This document shows positions 10,280-19,329 of a stretch of 64,000 nt of DNA, piece after piece. Positions within the stretch are counted from its first letter, which is position 1. The number at the start of each line of letters is the position of its first letter. The notes beneath the pieces were generated by a model, which was not told the DNA's origin, searched no databases, and saw only the letters and a list, made by a program, of their open reading frames with translations. Source of the DNA: Saprospiraceae bacterium (lineage in GTDB: Bacteria > Bacteroidota > Bacteroidia > Chitinophagales > Saprospiraceae); the NCBI GenBank assembly GCA_022844565.1, contig JALHLK010000007.1, forward strand, positions 12,050 through 76,049, written 5' to 3'. Both the position numbers and the translations under genes were made by a program.

Positions 10280-10713
10280 ACCAGAAAAGTAATATTCATT
10301 TTGAGTATGAAGAAGTTGAGGCTCCAAGCTTTTTGGATCACGAGACTTTGTCTAATTGGTTGATTGAGATAGCGTCAGGTTATCAATCGAAAATAGTCAA
10401 TTTACAATATATTTTTTGCGATGATGAGTACATGCTTGAAGTTAATAGAGAGCACCTCAATCATGATTATTACACAGATATCATCACATTTCCCTACCAA
10501 GAGGGTAAGTTGTTAGAAGCCGATATTTTAATTAGTTTGGATAGCGTGAAGGAAAATGCAGATCATTATAAAGTAACCTATCAAGAAGAATTAATGCGTG
10601 TAATGGTACATGGCTTACTTCACGTAGTAGGCTTTAGTGATAAAACAGAGGAAGAAAGCTTAAAGATGCGAAAGGCAGAAGATGAGGCAATAGATAAAAT
10701 TTTAAAAAAATAG
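10276..10713 (+). CDS. ybeY: rRNA maturation endoribonuclease YbeY
   Basis: 145 aa with the metal-site motif HGLLHVVGFSD. Size and context are typical of YbeY. Confidence 0.9.
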   Translation: MNQKSNIHFEYEEVEAPSFLDHETLSNWLIEIASGYQSKIVNLQYIFCDDEYMLEVNREHLNHDYYTDIITFPYQEGKLLEADILISLDSVKENADHYKVTYQEELMRVMVHGLLHVVGFSDKTEEESLKMRKAEDEAIDKILKK

Positions 10714-10765
10714 TATCTACAATTATTTTCAAAATAATTCTAAAATAATTTCCAATAGACAATAA

Positions 10766-10781
10766 TATATTTGTATATTTG
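10766..10781 (+). promoter_or_regulatory. candidate Bacteroidota -7 boxes (two adjacent TATATTTG = TAnnTTTG) upstream of the tRNA pair
   Basis: TATATTTGTATATTTG lies 43-58 nt upstream of tRNA-Ser. No clear -33 TTTG was seen. Confidence 0.3.
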
Positions 10782-10823
10782 CACTCGCTTTCAAAAAAAG
10801 GCGACCAAAAGTAGAAGTACTTT

Positions 10824-10912
10824 GGTGAGATGGGTGAGTGGCTGAAACCAACGGTTTGCTAAACCGTCGTACCTGTCAAAGGGTACCCCGGGTTCGAATC
10901 CCGGTCTCACCG
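10824..10912 (+). tRNA. tRNA-Ser (anticodon GCT), long variable arm
   Basis: Acceptor GGTGAGA/TCTCACC. Anticodon stem ACGGT/ACCGT with loop TTGCTAA. Long variable arm and T-loop GGTTCGAATCC. Confidence 0.9.
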
Positions 10913-10934
10913 CATTTATGAAAGCTGCTATATT

Positions 10935-11009
10935 CGGGGCGTAGCGCAGCCCGGTTAGCGTACCTGGTTTGGGACCAGGTGGTCGCAGGTTCGAATCCTG
11001 CCGCCCCGA
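10935..11009 (+). tRNA. tRNA-Pro (anticodon TGG)
   Basis: Acceptor CGGGGCG/CGCCCCG. Anticodon stem CCTGG/CCAGG with loop TTTGGGA. T-loop GGTTCGAATCC. Confidence 0.9.
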
Positions 11010-11074
11010 CTTAAAGAGAATTAACATGTATTTGTTGGTTCTCTTTTTTTTGCAGTACAGTAGACCTTCTACGC

Positions 11075-11375
11075 TTAAATCAGTAAGAAAGCACATCCGA
11101 ACTATAGAAAAATATCATAACAATCTGCGAAAATCAGCGGGAAAGTACACCCGAACCATTAACAAGTAGGTATTGCATACTGCGAAAATCAGCGGGAAAC
11201 ACCCCCGAACTATTCAAAATACTCATAGAAATCTGCGAAATTCAGCGGAAAAGCACAAACGAACTTTATGAAATTGTCATTGCACTCAGCGAAAATTAGC
11301 GGGAAGGTACAACTGGACTATGCAAAACATCCATGCAAATCAGCGGCAAAGCATACTCAAACTATACAAAACATG
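11075..11375. repeat. degenerate tandem repeat, about 6 units of 47-55 nt
   Basis: The unit core CTGCGAAAATCAGCGGGAAAG(T)ACACCCGAAC(T/C)AT starts at 11125, 11180 and 11233. More diverged copies lie near 11075, 11285 and 11332. Confidence 0.75.
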
Positions 11376-11599
11376 CTTCTTCGAACATTTTTTATTTACC
11401 CACAGAGTATTTGATATTGGTTGCCATTAAAAATACAATTATTATCGTACTTTTGTTTTTCTCCGTATTAGGTACTGTAAATAGGGAACAATAAAATACA
11501 AGTCAAAATGTATACATCATTTCTTTACAGTTATTTAAGAGGAGCAAGGCATAATTAAACTCATTTTATATTATTTGGTTACAACCTAAATCTTAATCT

Positions 11600-12991
11600 A
11601 TGGCAAATCAAATCACATTTGACAGGCAAACATACATCAATCGCAGACTAAAATTTATCGAAGAAGTAAAAACAGGGATGTATTTTTTTATGGGGAATGA
11701 TGACATAGGGGCAAACTACAAAGACAATGTCTATCCATTTAGACAGGATAGTACATTTTTATATTATTTCGGAATTAATCAGCCAAACCTTTATGGATTA
11801 ATCGATGCAGATACAGGAAAAACTTATATTTTTGGTGACGATATTGGTATAGATCATATCATTTGGATGGGGAAATTACCACTATTAAGCGAATTAGCAG
11901 ATAACGTAGGCATCGATATGGTTCTCCCATTAAGTAAGACGAGGGATTATGTGAGTAGAAATGCACATTACTTGCCACCTTACAGAGGAGATCACTATTT
12001 ATTTTTTAATACGAATCTTGGTATGAACGTTGACGAAACAGATCAACATGTTTCTACCAAAATGATCAAAGCGGTGGTCAAGCAAAGAAGTATAAAGGAG
12101 ACCCAAGAAATAGAAGAGTTGCACAAAGCCGTTAATGCAACAGCAGAAATGCACGGTCATATTTTGAAGAGTGCTAGGCCTGGGTTGAAAGAATATGAAC
12201 TGGTAGGAATGGCTGCGCAAAAGGCTTGGGAACTCGGGTGCACTTGGTCTTTTAATCCAATAATGACTAAAAATGGGCAAACATTGCATAATCATGACTA
12301 CCATAATATGTTGAAAGATGGTCAAATGCTCTTGTTTGATGGAGGGTGTCAAATGCCTAGTCTTTATGCAGGTGATATGACGAGAACGATGCCCGTTGGT
12401 AAGCGATTTGATACTAGGCAAGAAGAAGTGTACCAAATAGTTTTAGCAGCTTTAGATCACAGTGTCTCACTTTTGAAACCTGGTGTCAGATACCTCGATG
12501 TTCACCTTGCAGCGGGACGAGTGCTCTTTGAAGGATTAAAATCTTTAGGAATCACAAAAGGAAATACTGAGGAAGCAGTTAATGCAGGAGCTCACTCCGT
12601 ATTCTTTCAATGTGGTTTGGGGCATATGATGGGATTAGACGTACATGACATGGAAAATCTAGGAGAACCAATCGTTGGTTACCATGAAAATCTTATAAAA
12701 AGTACAGCTTTCGGCCTGAGATCTTTACGCCTTGGTAAGGAATTGGAAGAAGGATTCGTTATTACGGTCGAACCGGGGTTGTATTTCATTCCTGAATTAA
12801 TTGATCTTAGAAGGTCTGAGGGCCAATATAAAGAATTTATTAATTATGATGAACTTGAAAAGTATAAAAACTTTGGTGGAATCCGTATTGAGGATGACTA
12901 TGTAATTTCAAAGGATGGTTATACACTATTAGGGCAACCTTTGGCTAAATCTATAGAAGATATCTATGGCCTGAGAGACCAAGCATTTTAG
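11600..12991 (+). CDS. Xaa-Pro aminopeptidase (M24B, aminopeptidase P family)
   Basis: 463 aa. AMP_N-like YPFRQDSTFLYYFG and the M24 metal-ligand regions LFDGGCQMPSLYAGDMTRT, GLGHMMGLDVHD, VEPGLYF and GGIRIEDD. Confidence 0.85.
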   Translation: MANQITFDRQTYINRRLKFIEEVKTGMYFFMGNDDIGANYKDNVYPFRQDSTFLYYFGINQPNLYGLIDADTGKTYIFGDDIGIDHIIWMGKLPLLSELADNVGIDMVLPLSKTRDYVSRNAHYLPPYRGDHYLFFNTNLGMNVDETDQHVSTKMIKAVVKQRSIKETQEIEELHKAVNATAEMHGHILKSARPGLKEYELVGMAAQKAWELGCTWSFNPIMTKNGQTLHNHDYHNMLKDGQMLLFDGGCQMPSLYAGDMTRTMPVGKRFDTRQEEVYQIVLAALDHSVSLLKPGVRYLDVHLAAGRVLFEGLKSLGITKGNTEEAVNAGAHSVFFQCGLGHMMGLDVHDMENLGEPIVGYHENLIKSTAFGLRSLRLGKELEEGFVITVEPGLYFIPELIDLRRSEGQYKEFINYDELEKYKNFGGIRIEDDYVISKDGYTLLGQPLAKSIEDIYGLRDQAF

Positions 12992-12999
12992 ATTTTAGA

Positions 13000-13350
13000 A
13001 TGAAAACAAAAATTGGAGTAAAAGGGGCAGAGTTTTTTGCTTATCATGGATTCTATGATGAAGAACAGAAGACAGGGCATACTTTTATAGTGGATTTTGA
13101 AGTTTTTTTTGAATACAAAAGTGAAGAAAAAGATCAATTAGAAAATACAGTAAATTATGAGATACTCTATCAAATTTGTAAAGTAGAAATGTATGATGTG
13201 TCACGCTTGATTGAGACTGTAGCATATCGTATCATGAAAAAAGTACAGATTGATTTCCCATATTTGCTTGGTGGAAAGGTGATGATTCAGAAAAAAGGGC
13301 CGCAACTTGGGGGTAAAGTAGATAGAACAGTAATAGAAATGGAATTTTAA
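13000..13350 (+). CDS. folB: dihydroneopterin aldolase
   Basis: 116 aa with the typical FolB N-terminus GAEFFAYHGFYDEEQKTGHTFIVDFEV. Confidence 0.8.
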   Translation: MKTKIGVKGAEFFAYHGFYDEEQKTGHTFIVDFEVFFEYKSEEKDQLENTVNYEILYQICKVEMYDVSRLIETVAYRIMKKVQIDFPYLLGGKVMIQKKGPQLGGKVDRTVIEMEF

Positions 13351-13420
13351 GTATAAATTAAGAACTCCTAAAACATCTTTTTTTGTTACTTTTGCATCTT
13401 TGGAAGTATAAAAGAAAAAC

Positions 13421-14497
13421 ATGAGATTTTTTGTATTCGTATTTTTGATCATTGGTTTGACATCCTGTAGTGAGCAGATGAAAACCAATCTTACTCCAAA
13501 ACCTAAGGCATTTGGTAAAATGAACCAAGTTAACATCATTGCCGATGCCACAATTTATGATAGTCCTGTAAAAGATAGTTTAGAAAATTATTTTGAATCT
13601 GCTTATCCTGTAATGCCCTCTCCTGAGCCTATGTTCGACCTGAGGTACTTTACAATGGAAGATATTCAAGCGGACAAATTAAAGAAGGAACTCCGTTCTT
13701 ATATTATTTTAGTAAATATTGATGATTTAAATAGTCCAATCACTAAGATGCTTCAACAAGATCTTGGTTCGGAAAACTTTAGACAAGTACAAGGAGACAG
13801 TAAAAAGAATAACATAGCTTATGGCTTAGATAAATGGGCACAAGGGCAAATAGTCATTTATCTTATGGGTAGAGGCATGGAGGGTATCACAAGCGCGATA
13901 AGATCGCAGTATCCCAATGTAGCAAAAAGATTTAATGATCATGATGAAGAACAACTTCATGCCAATTTGTATGGTAGTGCAGGTGTAAACAGTGAAGGTA
14001 ATATAGCAATTAAAGATAGTTTTGGAATAGATCTTTCACTTCCTTCTTCATTCAAAAGATCTAAGACAATTGATAATGCTAACTTTATTTGGTTTGTACG
14101 CGATTTAAGAGAGGCCACCCAGCATATCGTAGTTAGAAAATTTCCATATACATCCGATTCTCAGTTTACCAAACAATCAGTGATTGATATGAGAAATGAA
14201 TATGGTGCAAAATATATATCATCACAATCTAAAGGTTCTTATATGGTAACACAAGATAAGTTGTTGCCTGTATTCGAATACAATGCGACAATTGGTAAGG
14301 CATACGCAAAAGAGTTTAGAGGAGTATGGGAGTTAGAAAATGACTTTAAGGGAGGTCCTTTTGTTACTTTCCTTATAAAAAATGAAGCAAAGAAAGAAAT
14401 AATATTTGTAGATTGCTTTGTATATGGACCTGGTTCAGAAAAGCGTGACGCAGTGCAGCAGTTGGCTTATATCGTAAAGAAGGCGAAGTTGATTTAA
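13421..14497 (+). CDS. lipoprotein of unknown function (DUF4837-like)
   Basis: Lipoprotein signal MRFFVFVFLIIGLTSC. The family name is recalled, not verified. Confidence 0.5.
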   Translation: MRFFVFVFLIIGLTSCSEQMKTNLTPKPKAFGKMNQVNIIADATIYDSPVKDSLENYFESAYPVMPSPEPMFDLRYFTMEDIQADKLKKELRSYIILVNIDDLNSPITKMLQQDLGSENFRQVQGDSKKNNIAYGLDKWAQGQIVIYLMGRGMEGITSAIRSQYPNVAKRFNDHDEEQLHANLYGSAGVNSEGNIAIKDSFGIDLSLPSSFKRSKTIDNANFIWFVRDLREATQHIVVRKFPYTSDSQFTKQSVIDMRNEYGAKYISSQSKGSYMVTQDKLLPVFEYNATIGKAYAKEFRGVWELENDFKGGPFVTFLIKNEAKKEIIFVDCFVYGPGSEKRDAVQQLAYIVKKAKLI

Positions 14498-14509
14498 TTT
14501 TTTAATTAT

Positions 14510-14726
14510 CTAATGTTCAAATTTTCTAATTTTCAAATGATCTAATGGTTAAATGATCTAATGATCAAATGGTATAATAATCTATTTTGAAATGATATAA
14601 AGTTCAAATACTTAAATGATTTTATTAACATTTTTGGCTTTTAGACTTTTCGAAGGAGACTTAATTTTTAATGAACTATTTTTTAAAAATTTGAAAATTT
14701 CCAATATTTAAAAATTTGAACATTGG
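14510..14726. repeat. palindromic/MITE-like intergenic element bounded by AATGTTCAAATTTT inverted repeats
   Basis: AATGTTCAAATTTT at 14512..14525 and its reverse complement AAAATTTGAACATT at 14711..14724. Internal copies of (T)CAAATGATCTAATG at 14533 and 14550. The same motifs recur at 34297..34356. Confidence 0.55.
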
Positions 14727-14729
14727 GTT

Positions 14730-16592
14730 TTAGCTTTGCTCTTGTTCTACTAAATCCATCCATTTCATTTCGCGTTCTTCGATTTCGGTATTAATTTCAT
14801 CTAATGTTTTGGAAAGTTTTATGATATCGTTGGTAGACAGTGTTGCGTCTTCAAATTGGAGGGATATGGTCTTTTTTCGTTCTTCTAATTTTTCTATTTG
14901 TTTTTCTATGGACTTGATTTCTTTGCGTAATTCAAAGGTTAATTTTGAGTCTGTGGTAGGTGAGTTGCTTGTGTTAGAATTGTCTTTTTGGCTATTTGCT
15001 TCTTGTTCTTCAGCCAATTTTGCTGTGCGATATTCTGTGTAGGTGCCATTGAAGTCGATGATTTGTCCGCCAGTTTCTACTACGAATATGTGATCCACTA
15101 ATTTATCCATAAAATACCGATCATGAGATACAATAACTAGACACCCAGGGTAATCTTCTAAGTAATCTTCAAGAACATTGAGTGTGATGATATCTAAGTC
15201 ATTCGTAGGTTCATCTAGGATTAAAAAATTTGGGTTTTTAATGAGTACGGTCAATAAATATAATCTTCGCTTTTCTCCACCACTCAATTGAGATACAAAA
15301 ACGCGCTGCTGCGATCTAGGGAATAAAAATTTTTCTAAAAGAGATTCAGCGGTAAGTTTAAGACCTTTCGCTAATGGGATATAGTCAGCAATATCTCTTA
15401 TCACATCAATGACCGTCATGTCGGCCTTCATTTGGAGACCTTCCTGGTCATAATACCCGAATTGGATGGTCTCACCATGGATGATTTTACCTGTAGTAGG
15501 TGGAAACTGCATGGTCAATAATTTGACAAATGAAGATTTTCCAGCACCATTTACTCCCACGATTCCTACTCTTTCACCTTTCTTAAATTTATAGGAAAAA
15601 TTGGACATAACTGTTTTTTCACCAAAAGCTTTTGATACGCTGTGAAACTCGACAATTTTGGAACCGAGGCGAACAGGCTCAATCATGATCTGAACTTGTT
15701 CGTCATTGCGTTTATTTCGCATCTCATTTTTGATGTCGTAAAACTTGTCTATTCTTGATTTTGACTTCGTAGTTCGGGCTTGGGGCATTCTCCGCATCCA
15801 TTCCAATTCACGTTTGAATAGTTGCGTATTTTTTTCATAATTGGCTGCCTCATTTTGCAATCGCGCTTCCTTCTTTTCCAAATATTGGGAGTAATTACCA
15901 CGATATACGTGCATCTTACCTTGATCCAACTCTATGATTTCATTACACACATGCTCCAAAAAGTATCGATCATGGGTCACCATTAATAGGGTAATATTAG
16001 GATTTTGCAAATACTCTTCCAGCCATTCTATCATATCGATATCCAAGTGGTTAGTCGGCTCATCAAGTATTATAAATTCTGGATCTTCGATAATCAATTT
16101 TGCTAAAGCTACTCTTTTACGTTGTCCACCGGAGAGCGAATTGATTTTTTGATCTAGATAATCAATTCTTAATTTGGCTAAGACAGTTTTGACTCTTGCT
16201 TCAATATCCCAAGCTTTGGTGTCGTCCATTAAGAGCGAAGCTTCGTTGATTTCATTTTCATTTCCAAATAAAAGAGCAGATTCATACTTTTGTAACGCTT
16301 TAATTTCAGGCAAGTCAGCATCAAAAACAGCATCAATAGTCCGAGCTTCAGGATCCAAATCAGGTTCTTGGGCTAAATAGGAAATTCTAATGTCTTTTGA
16401 AATATTGATTTTTGCGTTTTCACCTTCTATACCTTCTTCACCACAAATCATCCTCATAATAGTAGTCTTACCACTCCCATTTTTAGCGATGATGGCAATT
16501 CTATCACCTTTGGATATCGATAAATTTAAGTTGTCAACTAATAGTTTTTCACCATAGCTCTTCGAAGCGTTTTCTATAGAAAGGTACTGCAT
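14730..16592 (-). CDS. ABC-F family ATPase (two ABC domains, C-terminal coiled coil; Uup/YbiT-like)
   Basis: 620 aa. Two Walker A motifs (GKNGSGKTT, GVNGAGKSS), two signatures (LSGGQRKR, LSGGEKRR), no TM domain and an acidic coiled-coil tail. Confidence 0.9.
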   Translation of the reverse strand: MQYLSIENASKSYGEKLLVDNLNLSISKGDRIAIIAKNGSGKTTIMRMICGEEGIEGENAKINISKDIRISYLAQEPDLDPEARTIDAVFDADLPEIKALQKYESALLFGNENEINEASLLMDDTKAWDIEARVKTVLAKLRIDYLDQKINSLSGGQRKRVALAKLIIEDPEFIILDEPTNHLDIDMIEWLEEYLQNPNITLLMVTHDRYFLEHVCNEIIELDQGKMHVYRGNYSQYLEKKEARLQNEAANYEKNTQLFKRELEWMRRMPQARTTKSKSRIDKFYDIKNEMRNKRNDEQVQIMIEPVRLGSKIVEFHSVSKAFGEKTVMSNFSYKFKKGERVGIVGVNGAGKSSFVKLLTMQFPPTTGKIIHGETIQFGYYDQEGLQMKADMTVIDVIRDIADYIPLAKGLKLTAESLLEKFLFPRSQQRVFVSQLSGGEKRRLYLLTVLIKNPNFLILDEPTNDLDIITLNVLEDYLEDYPGCLVIVSHDRYFMDKLVDHIFVVETGGQIIDFNGTYTEYRTAKLAEEQEANSQKDNSNTSNSPTTDSKLTFELRKEIKSIEKQIEKLEERKKTISLQFEDATLSTNDIIKLSKTLDEINTEIEEREMKWMDLVEQEQS

Positions 16593-16713
16593 TATCTGAA
16601 TTGAAACAATTTACAAAAGTGCAAAGATAACCAAATGCACGTGTGTGGGAATTATTATCAACACTTTCAGTAATATTTTAAGAATTATCTTTAATAACTA
16701 TTTATGGCATGTT

Positions 16714-17045
16714 GAAAAAGTCATCCAGCCTGTAGAAAGTAAACGTTTAACAATGTATGTTCTTTTGTCTTGATACAAAAGAACCAAAAAATCAAGGCTG
16801 TTAGAAATTTTGCTAAAATCTTTCCTTCAATCCTAAATTCTAAAAACTCGCTTTAACCAATGTACTTCTTTATTCAGTTCAGGTTATGTTTACCTTTACT
16901 CAACTCTATTAAGCAGAATTTGCTCAAACAGTTTAGAATTTTTAACGGATCGAATACAAGATTTCTTAACGCTAAATTTCTAAAGGCCAACCAATAAAAA
17001 AACCAGTATACTCATGTGCAAGTTTATAGGAACAAAGTGTCTCTA
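16714..17045. repeat. copy 1 of a ~290-330-bp direct repeat
   Basis: About 90% identical by eye to 17744..18070. Contains a perfect 10-bp hairpin GTTCTTTTGT-CTTGAT-ACAAAAGAAC (16759..16784). Confidence 0.85.
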
Positions 17046-17175
17046 CTTTTAATATATTTACATGTTAATTATTATATAAACTAAGATCTTTTGTGATGTT
17101 AGGTTTGTATATTACTAACAGACCTATTTTAAGACAAGGAACTGAGTGTGAAATTTTATAACGAAATTTAATTAA

Positions 17176-17745
17176 ATGCAAAAAAATATTTTAAATTTTC
17201 TCATTGTAGTGATTATAAGTTTCATTCCATCGTTGTCGTTTGGGCAATTTAATATTTATAAAACAGTGGAAGAATTTGAAAATAAAAAGCCTTTTAGAGT
17301 CAGTAAAGAAATACAATTTATGATGTTTTCGAAAAAGGTAAAGTTGTACGACTATAGGGGAAAAAGCGAAAAAATACATAGAGACAGTTTGTGGGGATAT
17401 TCACATGAGAAAAAAGGTAATATTAAATATTTTAGAATCTCACAAGGAAGATCTTTTGAAATAGAAGTTATACACGATAAAATAATCATGTATAAGTTTG
17501 TAAACAAAACTGTCACATCTGTAAATAGTTGGGTACTACCAGATAAAGCAATTTCCTATTTTTTTAGCAAAACACTGTATAGTGATCTAAAGAAAATTAC
17601 AGCTGATAATCTCAGGAATGCTTATAAATTTAATAATAGGCAAAATAAAAAATTGATTGAGCTATCTAAAGAAAGAAAGTTGAATAAAAAAAATATAGAG
17701 ACTAATGTTTTTTTCATAATCGAAGAGTTATTTGGGGCTTTCTGA
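17176..17745 (+). CDS. hypothetical exported protein
   Basis: 189 aa with signal peptide MQKNILNFLIVVIISFIPSLSFGQ. No recognisable motif. It lies between the two repeat copies. Confidence 0.5.
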   Translation: MQKNILNFLIVVIISFIPSLSFGQFNIYKTVEEFENKKPFRVSKEIQFMMFSKKVKLYDYRGKSEKIHRDSLWGYSHEKKGNIKYFRISQGRSFEIEVIHDKIIMYKFVNKTVTSVNSWVLPDKAISYFFSKTLYSDLKKITADNLRNAYKFNNRQNKKLIELSKERKLNKKNIETNVFFIIEELFGAF

Positions 17746-18070
17746 AAAAGTCATCAAGCCCACTCTAGAATATACTTATTGTTCTTTTGTCTTGATACAA
17801 AAGAACCAAAAAATCAAGGCTGTTAGAAATTTAGCTAAAATCTTTCCTTCAATCCTAAATTCTAAAAACTCGCTTTAACCAATATACTTCTATATTCATT
17901 TGAGGTTGTATTTGCTTCAACACAACTTTATTAAGCAGAAAGTGCTCAAACAGTTTAGAATTTTTAACGGATTGACTACAAGATTTCTTAACGCTAAATT
18001 CCTAAAGGCCCACCAAGAAAAAGAAAATCCAGTAACCATTTGCAAGGGAAACTAACAAGCGATACTTAAT
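17744..18070. repeat. copy 2 of the ~290-330-bp direct repeat
   Basis: Begins inside the stop codon of the 17176 ORF. Colinear with 16714..17045. Confidence 0.85.
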
Positions 18071-18318
18071 ACCTTGCATATAAATTTTTAAATTAAATAT
18101 AGTTTATTGATTATATTTTTTTCAGCAGTCCCTATTTAGTGATAATATGCAATAAGTTTAAATATTTTTGAAACATGCCATAATGGCAATCTATTTATTA
18201 AATAAGTGTCAATATGGCATTTTTAAAATATTTAAACTGACATAATTACCTGATAGTCAGTAATGGTACATAATTTGAATGTAAATAATCATTATTAACA
18301 AATTCAAATAATTTAAGT

Positions 18319-18729
18319 ATGTATCATAATCATTCAAATGTAGGACCCACCATGTTTAGAGTTTTTAAGCCAGTAATTGATGAGCTATTAAACGAAATCG
18401 AGAATCCAAAGACAACGACTTCCAAAAATGTTTTGGCAAATATTGTTGAGTCAGAAACTGCTTATGAAATTCAGCTATCTGTAAGTGGTCACACCAAAGA
18501 GACTGTTAAAATCAAAATTGAGGATAATGTTTTGAAAGTGGAAGGAACTGCTCAGCCAACTGATGTGAATTTTAAGCTCAAGGAATTTGGTGTTAGATCT
18601 TTTACCAGAAGTTTTAACTTACCTAAAAATATCGACAAGAACCAAATACAAGCTCGATTTGAAAATGGTATTTTGTTAGTGACCATCGCAAAGAGTGCGC
18701 TTGTATCAACCAAAGTAGAAATTATTTAA
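18319..18729 (+). CDS. small heat-shock protein (Hsp20/alpha-crystallin family)
   Basis: Alpha-crystallin domain ANIVESETAYEIQLSVSGHTKETVKIKIEDNVLKVEG...FTRSFNLPKNIDKNQIQARFENGILLVTI. The start could instead be the internal Met (MFRVF). Confidence 0.85.
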   Translation: MYHNHSNVGPTMFRVFKPVIDELLNEIENPKTTTSKNVLANIVESETAYEIQLSVSGHTKETVKIKIEDNVLKVEGTAQPTDVNFKLKEFGVRSFTRSFNLPKNIDKNQIQARFENGILLVTIAKSALVSTKVEII

Positions 18730-18750
18730 TTAACTTTTAATTTTTTAAAA

Positions 18751-19194
18751 ATGAAAACAAACAACATTCAACCGTTTTTTCCATCAAGGAGTATCAATCA
18801 GGTTTTTGACCATTTATTTAATAGGCCATTAACTGATGTAGTTGGATCTGACTTTAGTCATAGTAGTCCAGCTGTTAATATAAAAGAGAATGAAAATGCT
18901 TTCGTTCTCGAACTGGCTGTACCAGGCCTAGACAAGAATAATTTTGATGTAAAAGTAGAAGACAATTTTTTGAAAATCTCCTACGAACACTCAAGTAATG
19001 AAGAAGAGATTAAAGAAAATGTGTATACAAGAAGAGAGTTTAAGTATACTTCATTTAGTAGATCTTTTCAGTTGCCAGAAACAGTGGAAGCGGATCAAAT
19101 AAAAGGAAATTATCAAGATGGTATTTTATCGGTAATTTTGCCTAAAAATAAGCAAATTATCGAAAATAAGGTAAAAACTATTGAGATAGCATAA
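18751..19194 (+). CDS. small heat-shock protein (Hsp20/alpha-crystallin family)
   Basis: PAVNIKENENAFVLELAVPGLDKNNFDVKVEDNFLKIS...FSRSFQLPETVEADQIKGNYQDGILSVILPK. Confidence 0.9.
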   Translation: MKTNNIQPFFPSRSINQVFDHLFNRPLTDVVGSDFSHSSPAVNIKENENAFVLELAVPGLDKNNFDVKVEDNFLKISYEHSSNEEEIKENVYTRREFKYTSFSRSFQLPETVEADQIKGNYQDGILSVILPKNKQIIENKVKTIEIA

Positions 19195-19210
19195 TTAGAA
19201 TTTTTGTTTT

Positions 19211-19262
19211 AAGCCCTCGATATATGGTGGTAATATACTCCCTTTATCGAGGGCTTTTTTTT
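19211..19262 (+). terminator. rho-independent terminator of the hsp20 pair
   Basis: AAGCCCTCGATA ... TATCGAGGGCTT stem followed by a T-run of 8 or more. Confidence 0.8.
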
Positions 19263-19329
19263 ATATATTAGATTTATCTTTTTGAAAATGTACCTTATTT
19301 ATTAAGATTTTGTTCAATTTTATCATTTA

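Noticed and set aside
10791-11169. ORFs 10791..11096 (-) and 10969..11169 (+)
   Set aside because: They overlap the two clearly folded tRNA genes and the tandem repeat, so they are spurious.
10935-11375. Integration hotspot or prophage remnant at tRNA-Pro
   Set aside because: There is no integrase, no duplicated tRNA 3' segment and no phage-like genes downstream. The next gene is a housekeeping aminopeptidase.
18170-18225. Short palindromes (TGCCATAATGGCA, CAATATGGCA) upstream of hsp20 as a heat-shock operator
   Set aside because: They do not match CIRCE or any heat-shock operator I can name. They are too short to distinguish from chance.
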